Origin: Candidatus Multivoradales bacterium
GTDB lineage: Bacteria > Acidobacteriota > Thermoanaerobaculia > Multivoradales > JAHEKO01
Length of the DNA: 64,000 nucleotides
Assembly (NCBI GenBank): GCA_965248055.1
Contig: CBDFIJ010000004.1
Coordinates: 1,664,001-1,728,000 of the forward strand
Direction of reading: 5' to 3'
The notes under the pieces are model-generated. The model made no database searches and was not told the origin of the DNA. It was given only the letters and a program-made list of their open reading frames with translations. Position numbers and translations under genes: made by a program. Position 1 is the first letter of the stretch. The number at the start of each line of letters is the position of its first letter. Of this stretch, positions 30,252-40,165 are shown in pieces.

Positions 30252-30866
30252 ATGGTAGACGAAGTGATGACTGGCAACGACGCCGTTGCTCTCGGATCCC
30301 ACGCCGAATCGCTGGATCCCGGTTGGCGCAAGATGATGATGTGGGTATTCATCATTACCGACGGCCTGCTCTTCGCAGGCTTTCTCGCCTCCTACGGATT
30401 CGCCCGTTTGGCCAGTCCCAGTTGGCCTGAGCAGAGTGCTGTTTTTAATATCACCTTGATCGCCACCATGACTTTCGTGTTGATCACCTCCAGTGCCACG
30501 ATGGCGAGCGCGGTGCGAGCGGCAAGCGTCGGTGATCGCAAGGTTGCCCGTCGATTCCTGTGGCTCACGGCAGCCATTGGCCTGGTTTTTCTCGCTATGC
30601 AGGCCTACGAGTGGGCACATCTTATTCACGGCGGAACCAGCCTCAGCGCGAACCCTTGGGGAGCGCCTCTATTTGGCGCCTACTTCTACCTGATTACTGG
30701 CTTCCACGGTACTCACGTGCTGTCGGGGGTGCTCATTTTGGCAATAACGGCTATGCGCTGGGGCAAGGGAGTTACCAAACCAGAAGGGGTTGAAATGGCT
30801 GGCCTCTACTGGCATTTCGTCGACCTGGTTTGGGTGTTTGTGTTCACCTGTTTCTATCTGATCTAA
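30252..30866 (+). CDS. coxC: Cytochrome c oxidase subunit III
   Basis: ITGFHGTHV and GLYWHFVDLVW motifs. Confidence 0.92.
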   Translation: MVDEVMTGNDAVALGSHAESLDPGWRKMMMWVFIITDGLLFAGFLASYGFARLASPSWPEQSAVFNITLIATMTFVLITSSATMASAVRAASVGDRKVARRFLWLTAAIGLVFLAMQAYEWAHLIHGGTSLSANPWGAPLFGAYFYLITGFHGTHVLSGVLILAITAMRWGKGVTKPEGVEMAGLYWHFVDLVWVFVFTCFYLI

Positions 30867-30898
30867 CGGACGAAGCCACAACAACCGAGGAATTGGTT

Positions 30899-31231
30899 AT
30901 GACGCACGAAAAGACAGCTGGCTACGGTTTTTACTGGCGTATCTGGGGGCTATTGTTGGTCGTCACGCTGGTGATGTTGTTTGTCGATCGACCCACAGCT
31001 CAGGCACTGGGTTCCACCTCAGGCGGCTTGCCTCACGGGCTATTGATCTCCATCCTGGTGGTGGCGATGTTGCTCAAAGCTTGGCTGATCGCCTCCTTTT
31101 TCATGCATCTGCGGTTTGAACGTATGGCAATCGGCGTCGCGGTGCTACTGGGTTTGCTGATCAACGGCGCGATCCTGTTCGCACTCCTGGTACCGGACGG
31201 GCTGCGGATCCTAGGAATGGCAGGGTCGTGA
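30899..31231 (+). CDS. Cytochrome c oxidase subunit IV family protein
   Basis: Three TM segments, KA.LI..FFMHLRFE motif and operon position. Confidence 0.85.
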   Translation: MTHEKTAGYGFYWRIWGLLLVVTLVMLFVDRPTAQALGSTSGGLPHGLLISILVVAMLLKAWLIASFFMHLRFERMAIGVAVLLGLLINGAILFALLVPDGLRILGMAGS

Positions 31232-31485
31232 TCCGTCCCCGCCAGTTTGCAGTTGCAGCGATGGTGCTGATCATGGCTTTGGCGCTTACCTCGGAGCCTC
31301 TCGCCGCTCAATGCGCAATGTGCCGCAATACCCTAGCGTCATCCGACAGCCAACTCTTAATAAAAGCACTTCGCAGTGGAATCCTCTTCTTGTTGGCAAT
31401 TCCTTTCTCCATTGTTGGAGTCATAGGTGGATTGGTCTACAGTGCCCATCGGCGGCAACAAGATCCTTCCCAAATCGATCTTTAA
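31228..31485 (+). CDS. Small membrane protein with AQCAMC motif, cox-operon associated
   Basis: Signal peptide, CxxC and one TM; overlaps the upstream stop. Confidence 0.7.
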   Translation: MIRPRQFAVAAMVLIMALALTSEPLAAQCAMCRNTLASSDSQLLIKALRSGILFLLAIPFSIVGVIGGLVYSAHRRQQDPSQIDL

Positions 31486-31520
31486 ACTCAGCAGCAGCAG
31501 TTCATCGCCGCTCGGTGGAA

Positions 31521-32329
31521 CTAGCTTCGAGTAGCGGCTGCCATTCGGCGCGCGAAAGCTCTTACCAGCGGCGCTGGATCTGTGTTTCTCTCACAACATT
31601 CCTCCAAGATACTCACCATCGCTGATCCTGTAATTGCCCCTGCAGCACCGGCTGCCAGCGCCTGGCTCACATGTTCCGGAGTACTGATGCCAAATCCGAG
31701 CAATGGTGGGGTGCTCCCAGCACCCGAAGTCTTGAGAACAGATCAAAGGCGTCATTACCCAGATCTTCCCGCTGTCCCGTGACCCCAGCCCGAGCGACGC
31801 AGTAGGTGTAGCCACTCGACAGTCGGGCGACCGCCTCCAGAGTTGCATCGTCAGCATTGGGTGGAGCGATCAAGATCGGATGAACATCCGCTGTGCGGGC
31901 CGCAGCGGCAAACTGCTCTGCTTCCTCGACCGGTACGTCTGCCAGCAGTACCGAATCGACCCCAGCCTCAGACAGGTCTCGATAGAACAACTCGACCCCG
32001 CGCGCGACCGCGAGGTTGGCGTAGGTCAAGATGCCGACCGGAATCTCGGAGTGCCGTTGGCGGAAACGCGTCAATTGATCGAGGCAGTTCGAAACAGTGG
32101 CTCCGGCCTCCAAGGCCCGGACTCCCGCTCTCTGAATCACCGGACCGTCGGCAATTGGATCGGAATGCGGGATACCCAGTTCCAGAGCGTCGGCTCCGCC
32201 TTCGACCAAGGCGTCCAAGATGTGGTCAGAAGTTGGGCGATCGGGATCGCCCAAAACCACAAAAGGAACAAAGGCTCCCCTCCCTTGTTCGCTACAACGG
32301 GTAAACAAATCAGCATAACGGTCGGTCAT
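31521..32329 (-). CDS. trpA: Tryptophan synthase alpha chain (frameshift in G4 run at 31708-31711)
   Basis: [26 protein letters not shown] and RAGVTG. The C-terminus [17 protein letters not shown] is in another frame. Confidence 0.92.
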
Positions 32330-33513
32330 GCTTGCGCCTCCCCCTCAGCAAGCGCCATGGCGCTAGGAACATCTTTATCGCCCCGGCCGGAGAGGTTGAC
32401 CAGCAAATTGGCCTGACGATCTTCCGACCGCAACCGCTGGGCTTCTTGGGTTGCGAACGCCAGCGCGTGGGCCGATTCAAACGCGGGAATGATCCCCTCT
32501 GACCGGGCTAGCAGATGAAACGCCTCGAGCGCTTGAGCATCAGTCGCTTCCACGTAGCGCGCGCGGCCGCTATCTTTGAGATCGGCGTGCTGCGGGCCGA
32601 CCCCTGGATAGTCGAGGCCGGCCGACACCGAATGGCTCTCTGATATCTGTCCATCCTGGTCGTGTAACAAATAGCTAAACGCGCCGTGCAACACACCTGG
32701 TCTGCCCCGGCTCAAGGTGGCACCGTGCTGTTCACCCATCCCCCCCGGTTCAACACCCACTAGCTGGACTTCGTCCTCCAGAAAGGCCTGGAAGATACCG
32801 ATTGCATTAGAGCCTCCGCCAACGCAAGCGATCACCTGATCCGGCAGTCTTTCGGTTGCCGCCAAGATCTGAGCGCGCGCTTCCTCGCCAATCACCTTCT
32901 GAAAATCAGCCACCATACTCGGATAGGGGTGCGGTCCGGCGGCGGTTCCCAAGAGATAGTGGCTCCCGTCATAGGAAGCAGACCAGTCGCGCAACGCTTC
33001 GTTGATAGCGTCCTTCAAGGTACCGCTGCCGCTATCCACTGGCACCACTTGGGCTCCCATCAAGCGCATCCGGTAGACGTTGGGCTGTTGGCGTTCAATG
33101 TCCTTGGACCCCATGTAGACCACCGTCTCAAGTTGCAGCAGAGCGCCGACTAGGGCACAAGCCACTCCGTGCTGACCGGCCCCGGTTTCGGCGATTACCC
33201 GGCGCTTGCCCATGCGCCGAGCGAGCAGTCCCTGCGCAAGCACTTGGTTGGTCTTGTGGGCGCCGCCGTGCAGCAGATCTTCGCGCTTGAGATAGATCTC
33301 GACCCCAGCACTCGACAAGTTGGCACAGCGGGTCAAGGGGGTTGGCCGTCCGGCGTAGTCGGTCAACAGCCGGCTGAGTTCAGCCTGGAATCCGGAATCG
33401 CGTCGGGCTGACAACCAAGCCTGTTCCAGTTGATCCAGAGCGGGCATCAAAATCTGTGGCACAAACTGGCCGCCGAACTCCCCGAATCGCGATGGGATGT
33501 GTGCGGCGCTCAT
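32326..33513 (-). CDS. trpB: Tryptophan synthase beta chain
   Basis: [26 protein letters not shown] and NLSGRGDKD motifs. Confidence 0.97.
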   Translation of the reverse strand: MSAAHIPSRFGEFGGQFVPQILMPALDQLEQAWLSARRDSGFQAELSRLLTDYAGRPTPLTRCANLSSAGVEIYLKREDLLHGGAHKTNQVLAQGLLARRMGKRRVIAETGAGQHGVACALVGALLQLETVVYMGSKDIERQQPNVYRMRLMGAQVVPVDSGSGTLKDAINEALRDWSASYDGSHYLLGTAAGPHPYPSMVADFQKVIGEEARAQILAATERLPDQVIACVGGGSNAIGIFQAFLEDEVQLVGVEPGGMGEQHGATLSRGRPGVLHGAFSYLLHDQDGQISESHSVSAGLDYPGVGPQHADLKDSGRARYVEATDAQALEAFHLLARSEGIIPAFESAHALAFATQEAQRLRSEDRQANLLVNLSGRGDKDVPSAMALAEGEAQA

Positions 33514-34955
33514 ACAGAAAGTCCCTCTTGAGTTTGGATATCAGAACGACAAGGCCGTCGTAGGGCTTGGTGCAAAGAACGAATCGCTTGAGGGTCTTTG
33601 ATCCCCGGCTGTGTTTCAAGACTTGAACTGAGATCAATGCCGTAGGGACCCCGATCCAGAATTGCTCTGGCGTTGCCCGCACCGATACCCCCAGCCACCA
33701 GGGTTTGGTCGAACCCTGGCAACTCCGCAACACCTTTGATGTCAAAGGCAACACCGGTTCCGCCGCTGCGGCCATTGACTTGCGCGTCCAGAACCAGTCG
33801 ATCGGCCATAGTCCTAGGTATTACCGTCAGTTGCTGATCCTCTTTGACACCAACTACCGACCAGATTTCAACTCCCGGCAATTGGCTACGCATCGAGTCG
33901 ATCTCACTCGCCGATAGCTTGTGGTGGATCTGAACTGTCTCAGCCCGCGCTAGCTGGGCTAGCCGGATGATCTCGTCAAGTGGTTGAGATCGGAACACCG
34001 CCACCGGATCTAGGCCGGTCTGCTCAGCGATCTCTCGGGCCCGTTGGACAGTGGTGCAACGCGGCGAGTTGGCAGCCAATACCGCACCCAGGCGCCACGC
34101 CCCAGCCTTGGTGGCGGTGATCGCGTCTTCGACGCGGGTCAATCCGCAGACCTTGAATCGCCCCGAGATCAGAGCGCAGGCGGCGCCACGCAAGTCATCT
34201 TCCATCATCAAAGAGCTGCCGACTAAGAACGCATCGACGCTCGAAGCCAGCCGCTCGACGTCGTTCACCGAACCGATGCCCGATTCAGTGATCAACACCC
34301 GGTCCGCAGGCACCTGGGAGGCCAGGCGCTCGGTGGTGGTGAGGTCGACATCCAGGGTCGCCAGATCACGGTTGTTGATGCCGATGATCGGTGCTTCTAG
34401 AGCCAAGGCTCGGTCGAGTTCGGTCTGATCGTGGACCTCCACTAGTGCGTCGAGGCCTAGCTCGCCGCACATTTCAAGACAGCGTGCAGCCTCGGAGTCA
34501 GCCAAAACGGAAAGCATTAATAGCACTGCGTCGGCGCCGTAAAGTCGCGCTTCAACCACTTGGTAAGGGTCGAGCAGGAAGTCCTTTTGCAACACTGGAC
34601 CCTCGAAAATCGACCGTACTCGTCCAATGTCTTCCGGACAACCGCCGAAGAAATTCGGCTCGGTCAGAACACTCACAGCGTCTGCCGTTCCACGGTAGGC
34701 CAAGGCAATGTCTTCGGGAGTGGCATCGGGACGCAGGTCACCGCGCGAGGGAGAGCGGCGCTTCATCTCCAACACAAAGCGGGCCCCGGATTGGCTCAAC
34801 GTCTTTTGCAAGCTGCGGTTACTCGGTTCGACCGAGTCGAGCATGCCCTCAACGGATTGATTGGCCTTGCGAACCTCCAGCCGTTCCCGACAACTGGCGA
34901 CGATCTCGGCGAGAACCGACTCGTTCTTACGCTTCTTTTGGCCTGGGCTAGGCAT
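33510..34955 (-). CDS. trpCF: Bifunctional indole-3-glycerol-phosphate synthase / PRA isomerase
   Basis: [20 protein letters not shown] and ESG, then KVCGLT, GGTG and AGG. Confidence 0.95.
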   Translation of the reverse strand: MPSPGQKKRKNESVLAEIVASCRERLEVRKANQSVEGMLDSVEPSNRSLQKTLSQSGARFVLEMKRRSPSRGDLRPDATPEDIALAYRGTADAVSVLTEPNFFGGCPEDIGRVRSIFEGPVLQKDFLLDPYQVVEARLYGADAVLLMLSVLADSEAARCLEMCGELGLDALVEVHDQTELDRALALEAPIIGINNRDLATLDVDLTTTERLASQVPADRVLITESGIGSVNDVERLASSVDAFLVGSSLMMEDDLRGAACALISGRFKVCGLTRVEDAITATKAGAWRLGAVLAANSPRCTTVQRAREIAEQTGLDPVAVFRSQPLDEIIRLAQLARAETVQIHHKLSASEIDSMRSQLPGVEIWSVVGVKEDQQLTVIPRTMADRLVLDAQVNGRSGGTGVAFDIKGVAELPGFDQTLVAGGIGAGNARAILDRGPYGIDLSSSLETQPGIKDPQAIRSLHQALRRPCRSDIQTQEGLSV

Positions 34956-35955
34956 GACTGATCACCGCATATCTTTCGACCACATCCAGCGGAGCGCCGG
35001 ACGCCAGCACCGTCATTGCCTGCGCGGTTCCCTCTGCAAGGGAGGACGCCCGTTCAGCGGTCCACAGCAGAGCCCCGGCATTGAGCGCTACCGCTGCGGT
35101 CTCCACCTCTGAGCCCTGGCCGCTGAGAATAGCTTTGAGCCGTCGCGCATTGGCGTTCGCGCCACCGCCTTCGAGTGCGCTGAGAGGCGCGCTCGGCAAC
35201 CCGGCGTCAGCGGGACTGAGCGTCATCGGCGCCAAATCTCCATCGACAATACGCACCGCCTGCGTCGGGCCGTGCAGAGCGATCTCATCGATGCCGCTGC
35301 CGTGAACCACCAAGCCTCGCTCTATACCTAAAGCCACTAAGGCCTCCGCCACCAAAAGAAGAATGCCAGGATCATAGACGCCTACCAGCAGGGTTGACGG
35401 CTGGGCAGGATTAACCAGTGGCCCAAGCAAATTCATTACGGTACGTACCCCGAGAGCAGTGCGCACCGGCATCGCGTGCTTGAGACCCGCGTGGTAACTC
35501 GGAGCGAAGAAAAAGCAAAACCCGGTTTCATCCAAGCCTCGACGGGCGACATCAGGAGTTGGGTCGACGCGCACGCCAAGCGCTTCCAAGACATCCGCAG
35601 AACCGCATTTCGAGGAAATCGATCGATTGCCGTGTTTGGCGATCGGTAGTCCGGCGGCAGCGACCGTTAAAGCGGCGGCGGTGGAGATGTTGATAGTTCC
35701 GGCGCCGTCACCACCGGTACCGACCAAATCGGCAAACGGGTAATCCGGCCGTGGAAACGGCTTGGCGTTGGCGACCAGTGCCCGAGCCGCACCGGCGATC
35801 TCTGCAGCGGTCTCGCCTTTGGTACGCAGGGCGGCTAGAAAAGCCGACAGTTGAACCGAGTCGAGATTGCCGACTACCAGATCAGCAAAGATAGCCTCAA
35901 CCGTTTCGGCGTTCAGGTCTTGCCTTCGGCACAGTCGATCCAACACATCACGCAT
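34948..35955 (-). CDS. trpD: Anthranilate phosphoribosyltransferase
   Basis: GTGGDG, NIST and KHGNRSISSKCGSADVLE motifs. Confidence 0.96.
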   Translation of the reverse strand: MRDVLDRLCRRQDLNAETVEAIFADLVVGNLDSVQLSAFLAALRTKGETAAEIAGAARALVANAKPFPRPDYPFADLVGTGGDGAGTINISTAAALTVAAAGLPIAKHGNRSISSKCGSADVLEALGVRVDPTPDVARRGLDETGFCFFFAPSYHAGLKHAMPVRTALGVRTVMNLLGPLVNPAQPSTLLVGVYDPGILLLVAEALVALGIERGLVVHGSGIDEIALHGPTQAVRIVDGDLAPMTLSPADAGLPSAPLSALEGGGANANARRLKAILSGQGSEVETAAVALNAGALLWTAERASSLAEGTAQAMTVLASGAPLDVVERYAVISHA

Positions 35956-36541
35956 CGTAGAACCTCCGACTCAGGTCCAGACTGTTGGCGAGAATCGCAT
36001 CACCATACGGCGTCAGAATTGACTCCGGGTGAAACTGCAGACCCATCTGGCCGGTCTCCTTTTTTGAGGCTGCCATCACCATACCGTCGAGTTGAGCGTG
36101 AACTTGAAACGAACTCGGCAGCGAGGCGATGCACAAGCTGTGATAGCGACCGACCCGGATGGTCGAGGGCAGGCCGACCAACAGCCCTTCGCCATCGTGA
36201 TCGAGATAGGAAGCCTGTCCATGGACCGGCTGTGGTGCTGGAACCACCGGAACTCCAGAAACCTGACCGATGGTCTGTAAGCCCAGACAAACACCCAAGA
36301 TCGGTACTTTTCCCGCCGCGATCGCAGTCAGTTCCAAACAACAACCCGCGTCGTCCGGCCTCCCCGGTCCGGGAGAAAGCACAATCAGCGCTTGTTCACG
36401 AACCGCCAATTCCACCAAATGAGTGACTGAAGTGCAGTTACGGTAGGCAGACACTGGGCAACCCAGACGCCGAAAGCTGTCGACTAAATTGAAGGTGAAC
36501 GAGTCTCGATTGTCCACCAGAATCACCGGCATTGCTTTCAT
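35948..36541 (-). CDS. trpG: Anthranilate synthase component II
   Basis: DNRDSFT, SPGPG, GVCLG and QFHPES motifs. Confidence 0.95.
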   Translation of the reverse strand: MKAMPVILVDNRDSFTFNLVDSFRRLGCPVSAYRNCTSVTHLVELAVREQALIVLSPGPGRPDDAGCCLELTAIAAGKVPILGVCLGLQTIGQVSGVPVVPAPQPVHGQASYLDHDGEGLLVGLPSTIRVGRYHSLCIASLPSSFQVHAQLDGMVMAASKKETGQMGLQFHPESILTPYGDAILANSLDLSRRFYDA

Positions 36542-38109
36542 AAAGCCGTCTCCGTCTTGCCGGGACGCAGCGCCAGAAGCACCGCCTCGGCTTTGCGGCG
36601 GGTCTCTTCCGCCTCCGACTGGGGGTCTGAGTCGCGCACCACTCCAGCCCCAGCTCGCACCTGAGCAACCCCATCTTTGACCTGAGCCGAACGGATTACT
36701 ATCGCGCTGTCAAAAACCGTCTGTGGACCGCCATCTCCCAGCAGGTACGCCACCGCGCCTCCATAGGGGCCCCTCGGTGTCGCTTCCAATTGAGCAATTA
36801 GCTCGGTCGCCCGCAGCTTGGGCGCCCCAGTCAAAGTCCCCATGTTCATGCAGGCTTGATAGGCATACAGAGCGTCAAGGCTGGGGCGCAGGTGACCCCG
36901 CACCTCCGACACCAAGTGGGACACGTGGGAATAGTGTTCGAGAGCCAAGAGGCGGGTGACCCGGCGGCTTCCCGCCTGACACACCCGCGCCACATCGTTG
37001 CGCGCCAGATCCACCAACATCATGTGTTCCGCCTGCTCTTTGCTGTCGAGCACCAACTCCGCGCTCAAGCGGTTGTCCAGATCGGCGATCAGCTCACCAT
37101 CCTGGTCACGACCGCGCGGTCGGGTTCCGGCGATCGGCCGCAGTGTGAGTTCGGGACCATCGGCAGAGGGAGTCACTTTGACGCAAGTTTCTGGCGAGGC
37201 GCCAAACAACACTTCCTGTTCGGAGCGCACAAAGAACTGGTAGGGACTGGGGTTGAGTCGGCGTAACCGTTGATAGGCGGAAAAGGAATCGCAGCACGGC
37301 ATAGTGAAACTGCGCGATGGCACCACTTGAAAAACTTCGCCTCGCTCGATCTCATGGCTGCACTGGCGCACCACTTGGGCAAAGGCCTGATCGTCAAGGT
37401 CAACCGCGACCTCGCCCTCCGCACTAGGTTTCTCAAACTCCGAGGGTTCCTCAAAATCCACCGGAGGACTGCCGCTGACAAACCCAAGCACCTTGGCCTC
37501 CAAGCTACGATCAGCGTCCTCCAGATCCACCACTTGCGTCCGACCAGAACTGTGATCGATGCGCACAAAGCGCTCCGCCAGTAGGAACTCAGCCCGGGCA
37601 GCATCGAGGTCCATCCCAGGAATGTCTTCAAAGGCGCCGATCAACTCAAAATTGAGAATACCGACCAAAAGTCGCTGATCGGCTGGCACCGGTTCCAGAA
37701 CACGCAGCAGGCAACGAGGTACGTCCAAAGGGCTGGGCTCGGTCAGTCGCTCCAAGTCTTCCAAATAGGGGTCGGGGTCGGGAAATCGCAAGGAGACGCG
37801 ATCTTCTCCGGTATCCTCGACAAAAGGTCGCAACGGCGATTCTTCGACCATCCTTCGACACAGCTCGCGGCCCAAAGCGGTGAGTGGAGAAATTTCTGCC
37901 GACCGATTGTGGATCTGAATACGCAAAGCTGCGCGTTCCAGAATCAAGCTCTGCCCCGGCTGCCCTTCAGTGCCATCACCCGACTCCAGCAGTGCCGTGT
38001 GGGGTCGATCTTCAGTCAAGAATTGATACAACCCACACGGCTCCGGGTTCACGTTGAGCTGGTAGCCGGACTTCCGTCCGTGGCTACTTCTGGAGCTACC
38101 GAGGCTCAC
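36538..38109 (-). CDS. trpE: Anthranilate synthase component I
   Basis: LLES, NPSPY, PIAGTRPRG, EHMMLVDLARND and GTLTGAPK motifs. Confidence 0.95.
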   Translation of the reverse strand: MSLGSSRSSHGRKSGYQLNVNPEPCGLYQFLTEDRPHTALLESGDGTEGQPGQSLILERAALRIQIHNRSAEISPLTALGRELCRRMVEESPLRPFVEDTGEDRVSLRFPDPDPYLEDLERLTEPSPLDVPRCLLRVLEPVPADQRLLVGILNFELIGAFEDIPGMDLDAARAEFLLAERFVRIDHSSGRTQVVDLEDADRSLEAKVLGFVSGSPPVDFEEPSEFEKPSAEGEVAVDLDDQAFAQVVRQCSHEIERGEVFQVVPSRSFTMPCCDSFSAYQRLRRLNPSPYQFFVRSEQEVLFGASPETCVKVTPSADGPELTLRPIAGTRPRGRDQDGELIADLDNRLSAELVLDSKEQAEHMMLVDLARNDVARVCQAGSRRVTRLLALEHYSHVSHLVSEVRGHLRPSLDALYAYQACMNMGTLTGAPKLRATELIAQLEATPRGPYGGAVAYLLGDGGPQTVFDSAIVIRSAQVKDGVAQVRAGAGVVRDSDPQSEAEETRRKAEAVLLALRPGKTETAL

Positions 38110-39122
38110 GCCAGACTCCGTCCCAACCCAGCCAGCAGCGGAGGCAAGGCCTGCATCAGCTCCACGAATTGGTCAGGATAAAGAGATTGTTTGCCATCGG
38201 AGAGCGCTTCCCCGGGATCTCGATGGACCTCCACCACGATGCCGTCAGCACCCACAGCAGCAGCTCCCAATGTAGTAGGAATCACCAGCTCGCGCAGCCC
38301 GGTTCCGTGGGAGGGATCGACCACCACCGGCAGATGAGTGCGTTGTTTGAGGTAGGGCACTGCCGCCAAGTCGAGGGTGTTACGCGTTGCGGTCTCGAAA
38401 GTACGAATACCCCGCTCGCACAGAACGACTTGCGAGTTGCCCTCACTCACCACGTACTCGGCGGCGAGCAGAAGGTCGTCCAGTTTGGCTGCCATGCCGC
38501 GCTTCAGAATCACCGGCTTCTTGCTTCGCCCAACAGCCTTCAGTAGGCGAAAGTTCTGCATATTGCGAGCACCAATTTGAAAGCAGTCGGCATAGCGCTC
38601 CACTTCTTCAACGTCCTGCACCTCGACCACCTCGGTCACGGTTGGCAGATTAGTTTTCTGGGAGACCTGCTGCAAGATCTCCAGACCTTCGGTTCCCAAT
38701 CCCTGAAAACTGTAGGGGCTGGTGCGCGGCTTGAAAGCACCTCCGCGCAGCAAATGACCGCCACCGTCTCGAACCGCTTCTGCGGTGTCCTGGAGTTGGT
38801 CCAGACTCTCAATTGCACACGGACCGGCCACCACAACAAATGATCCACCGCCGATTTTGACCCCACCAATATCCACCGTTGAATCGGCTTGGTGGGCTTC
38901 ACGGCTAACCAACTGATAAGGGGCGAGAACCCGTTTGACCTCTTCGACCTCGGGGTGGCTCTCCAGGTGCAGACGCTCAAGCACCCGCTCGTCGCCCAGC
39001 GCACCAAGGACAACCCGTTCAGCGCCAGGCATGTGTAACGGGCGGCAACCCTCAGCCTCAATCTTGGCCATCAGCTCAGCCGCCACTTCCGGTGTGGCGT
39101 TGGGTTTGAGAATAATAATCAC
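38106..39122 (-). CDS. aroF: DAHP synthase (type I-beta, N-terminal regulatory domain)
   Basis: AGPC, KPRTSPYSFQG, QIGARNMQN and DPSH motifs. Confidence 0.95.
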   Translation of the reverse strand: MIIILKPNATPEVAAELMAKIEAEGCRPLHMPGAERVVLGALGDERVLERLHLESHPEVEEVKRVLAPYQLVSREAHQADSTVDIGGVKIGGGSFVVVAGPCAIESLDQLQDTAEAVRDGGGHLLRGGAFKPRTSPYSFQGLGTEGLEILQQVSQKTNLPTVTEVVEVQDVEEVERYADCFQIGARNMQNFRLLKAVGRSKKPVILKRGMAAKLDDLLLAAEYVVSEGNSQVVLCERGIRTFETATRNTLDLAAVPYLKQRTHLPVVVDPSHGTGLRELVIPTTLGAAAVGADGIVVEVHRDPGEALSDGKQSLYPDQFVELMQALPPLLAGLGRSLA

Positions 39123-39164
39123 GTTCGAACTCCTTTTTCAAAAAGAGCCCGAAACCTGGCGAGC

Positions 39165-39200
39165 AACAACAAAAAAGCCCGCCGGGTTGGCGGGCTCGGG
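39165..39200 (-). terminator. trp attenuator terminator
   Basis: Minus strand AGCCCGCC-AACCC-GGCGGGCT followed by TTTTTGTT, between the leader peptide and aroF. Confidence 0.88.
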
Positions 39201-39222
39201 TGGTCTGAGTATTTCTAAAAAA

Positions 39223-39300
39223 CTACGACAGCCAGCGGCCCGCGTTGGAGGGCCACCACCAAGATCCAGAAATTGCGAGTTGGATGGATGCGGTCGTCAT
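39223..39300 (-). CDS. trpL: trp operon leader peptide MTTASIQLAISGSWWWPSNAGRWLS
   Basis: Manually translated 25-aa ORF with three consecutive TGG codons plus a fourth Trp, directly before the terminator. Confidence 0.9.
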   Translation of the reverse strand: MTTASIQLAISGSWWWPSNAGRWLS

Positions 39301-39329
39301 TAGAAGGCGCATGCTAGACCATCTTTGAT

Positions 39330-39357
39330 GGGGACACAAACAAAGTATTGTGTCCCC
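39330..39357. repeat. Palindrome GGGGACACAA-ACAAAGTA-TTGTGTCCCC, copy 1
   Basis: Perfect 10-8-10 inverted repeat. It overlaps a candidate -35 (TTGTGT-N17-TAGCAT) of trpL. Confidence 0.9.
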
Positions 39358-39363
39358 CCTCCT

Positions 39364-40068
39364 CTATGGATGGCTATTCGACAGTAGACGGAAGCCATAG
39401 TCGTTGTAGCGCCGGTCGGGAGGAATCGAGGAACGGTGAGTGCAGGTTGAAACCGGCACTGCGTGACGCCAAGCACCTCCGCGCGACGCGCGGCGGCGAC
39501 CCTCGGAAGGGCCCTGCGGATTGTCGACTGGAGAAACCGCGTAGTAGCCAGCGTCAAACCAATCAGCACACCACTCGTGTACATTCTCGCCCAGACCCAA
39601 GAAACCCCAGGGATGTAGCGACGGATAGGCGTCCACGGGTTCGGGCCCGTCCTGCCAGCGTTGGTCGTAGTCGGGCAGGGCTTCCTCCGGCGACATGTCA
39701 CCCCATGGATAAAGGACATCGCGGTCGCCGCGAGCTGCCCGCTCCCATTGCGCCTCGGTCGGCAACCCCACCGGCTCGTTCCAGAGCTCACCTATCCAGG
39801 CGCAGAAGGCCATCGAGTCGTGCCAAGAAGGGCCAACTGCTGGCATCTTCGGGTGCCCGAACTTGGTCTCCTGCCAAAACTTCGGTTCCGGGTAACCGGT
39901 GGCATCAAAGAACGCCTGGTACTCCTCTCTGGTCACCGGTGCGCGGGCCAGGCGAAAGGCCGAGACGAAAACCTTGTGGCGGGGATTCTCCGCCGAGCTT
40001 GGCCCACCGCCCATCCAGAACTCGCCGGCGGGAACTTCGATCCAATAATCCTGAACCGCGCTCAACAA
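39364..40068 (-). CDS. Formylglycine-generating-enzyme (SUMF1/EgtB/PvdO-like) domain protein
   Basis: F.MG..E.P.H.V, LPTEAQWERAARG, YPWG, NVHEWCADW, RGGAW and GFR motifs. Confidence 0.9.
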   Translation of the reverse strand: MLSAVQDYWIEVPAGEFWMGGGPSSAENPRHKVFVSAFRLARAPVTREEYQAFFDATGYPEPKFWQETKFGHPKMPAVGPSWHDSMAFCAWIGELWNEPVGLPTEAQWERAARGDRDVLYPWGDMSPEEALPDYDQRWQDGPEPVDAYPSLHPWGFLGLGENVHEWCADWFDAGYYAVSPVDNPQGPSEGRRRASRGGAWRHAVPVSTCTHRSSIPPDRRYNDYGFRLLSNSHP

Positions 40069-40130
40069 TCTGCTACCTCGTCCGCCTAGGTTGTCTGTAT
40101 CTCATGCGCAGCAATTAGAACATCTTCATT

Positions 40131-40156
40131 GGGGACACAAACAAAGTATTGTGTCC
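40131..40156. repeat. Palindrome copy 2, same orientation as copy 1
   Basis: 26 bp identical to 39330-39355. Confidence 0.9.
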
Positions 40157-40165
40157 ACATCTCAC

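Noticed and set aside
39330-39500. FGE/CLec-fold gene with a downstream hairpin as a diversity-generating retroelement target
   Set aside because: No template repeat with adenine-specific mismatches and no reverse transcriptase seen in the window. A remote DGR cannot be excluded.
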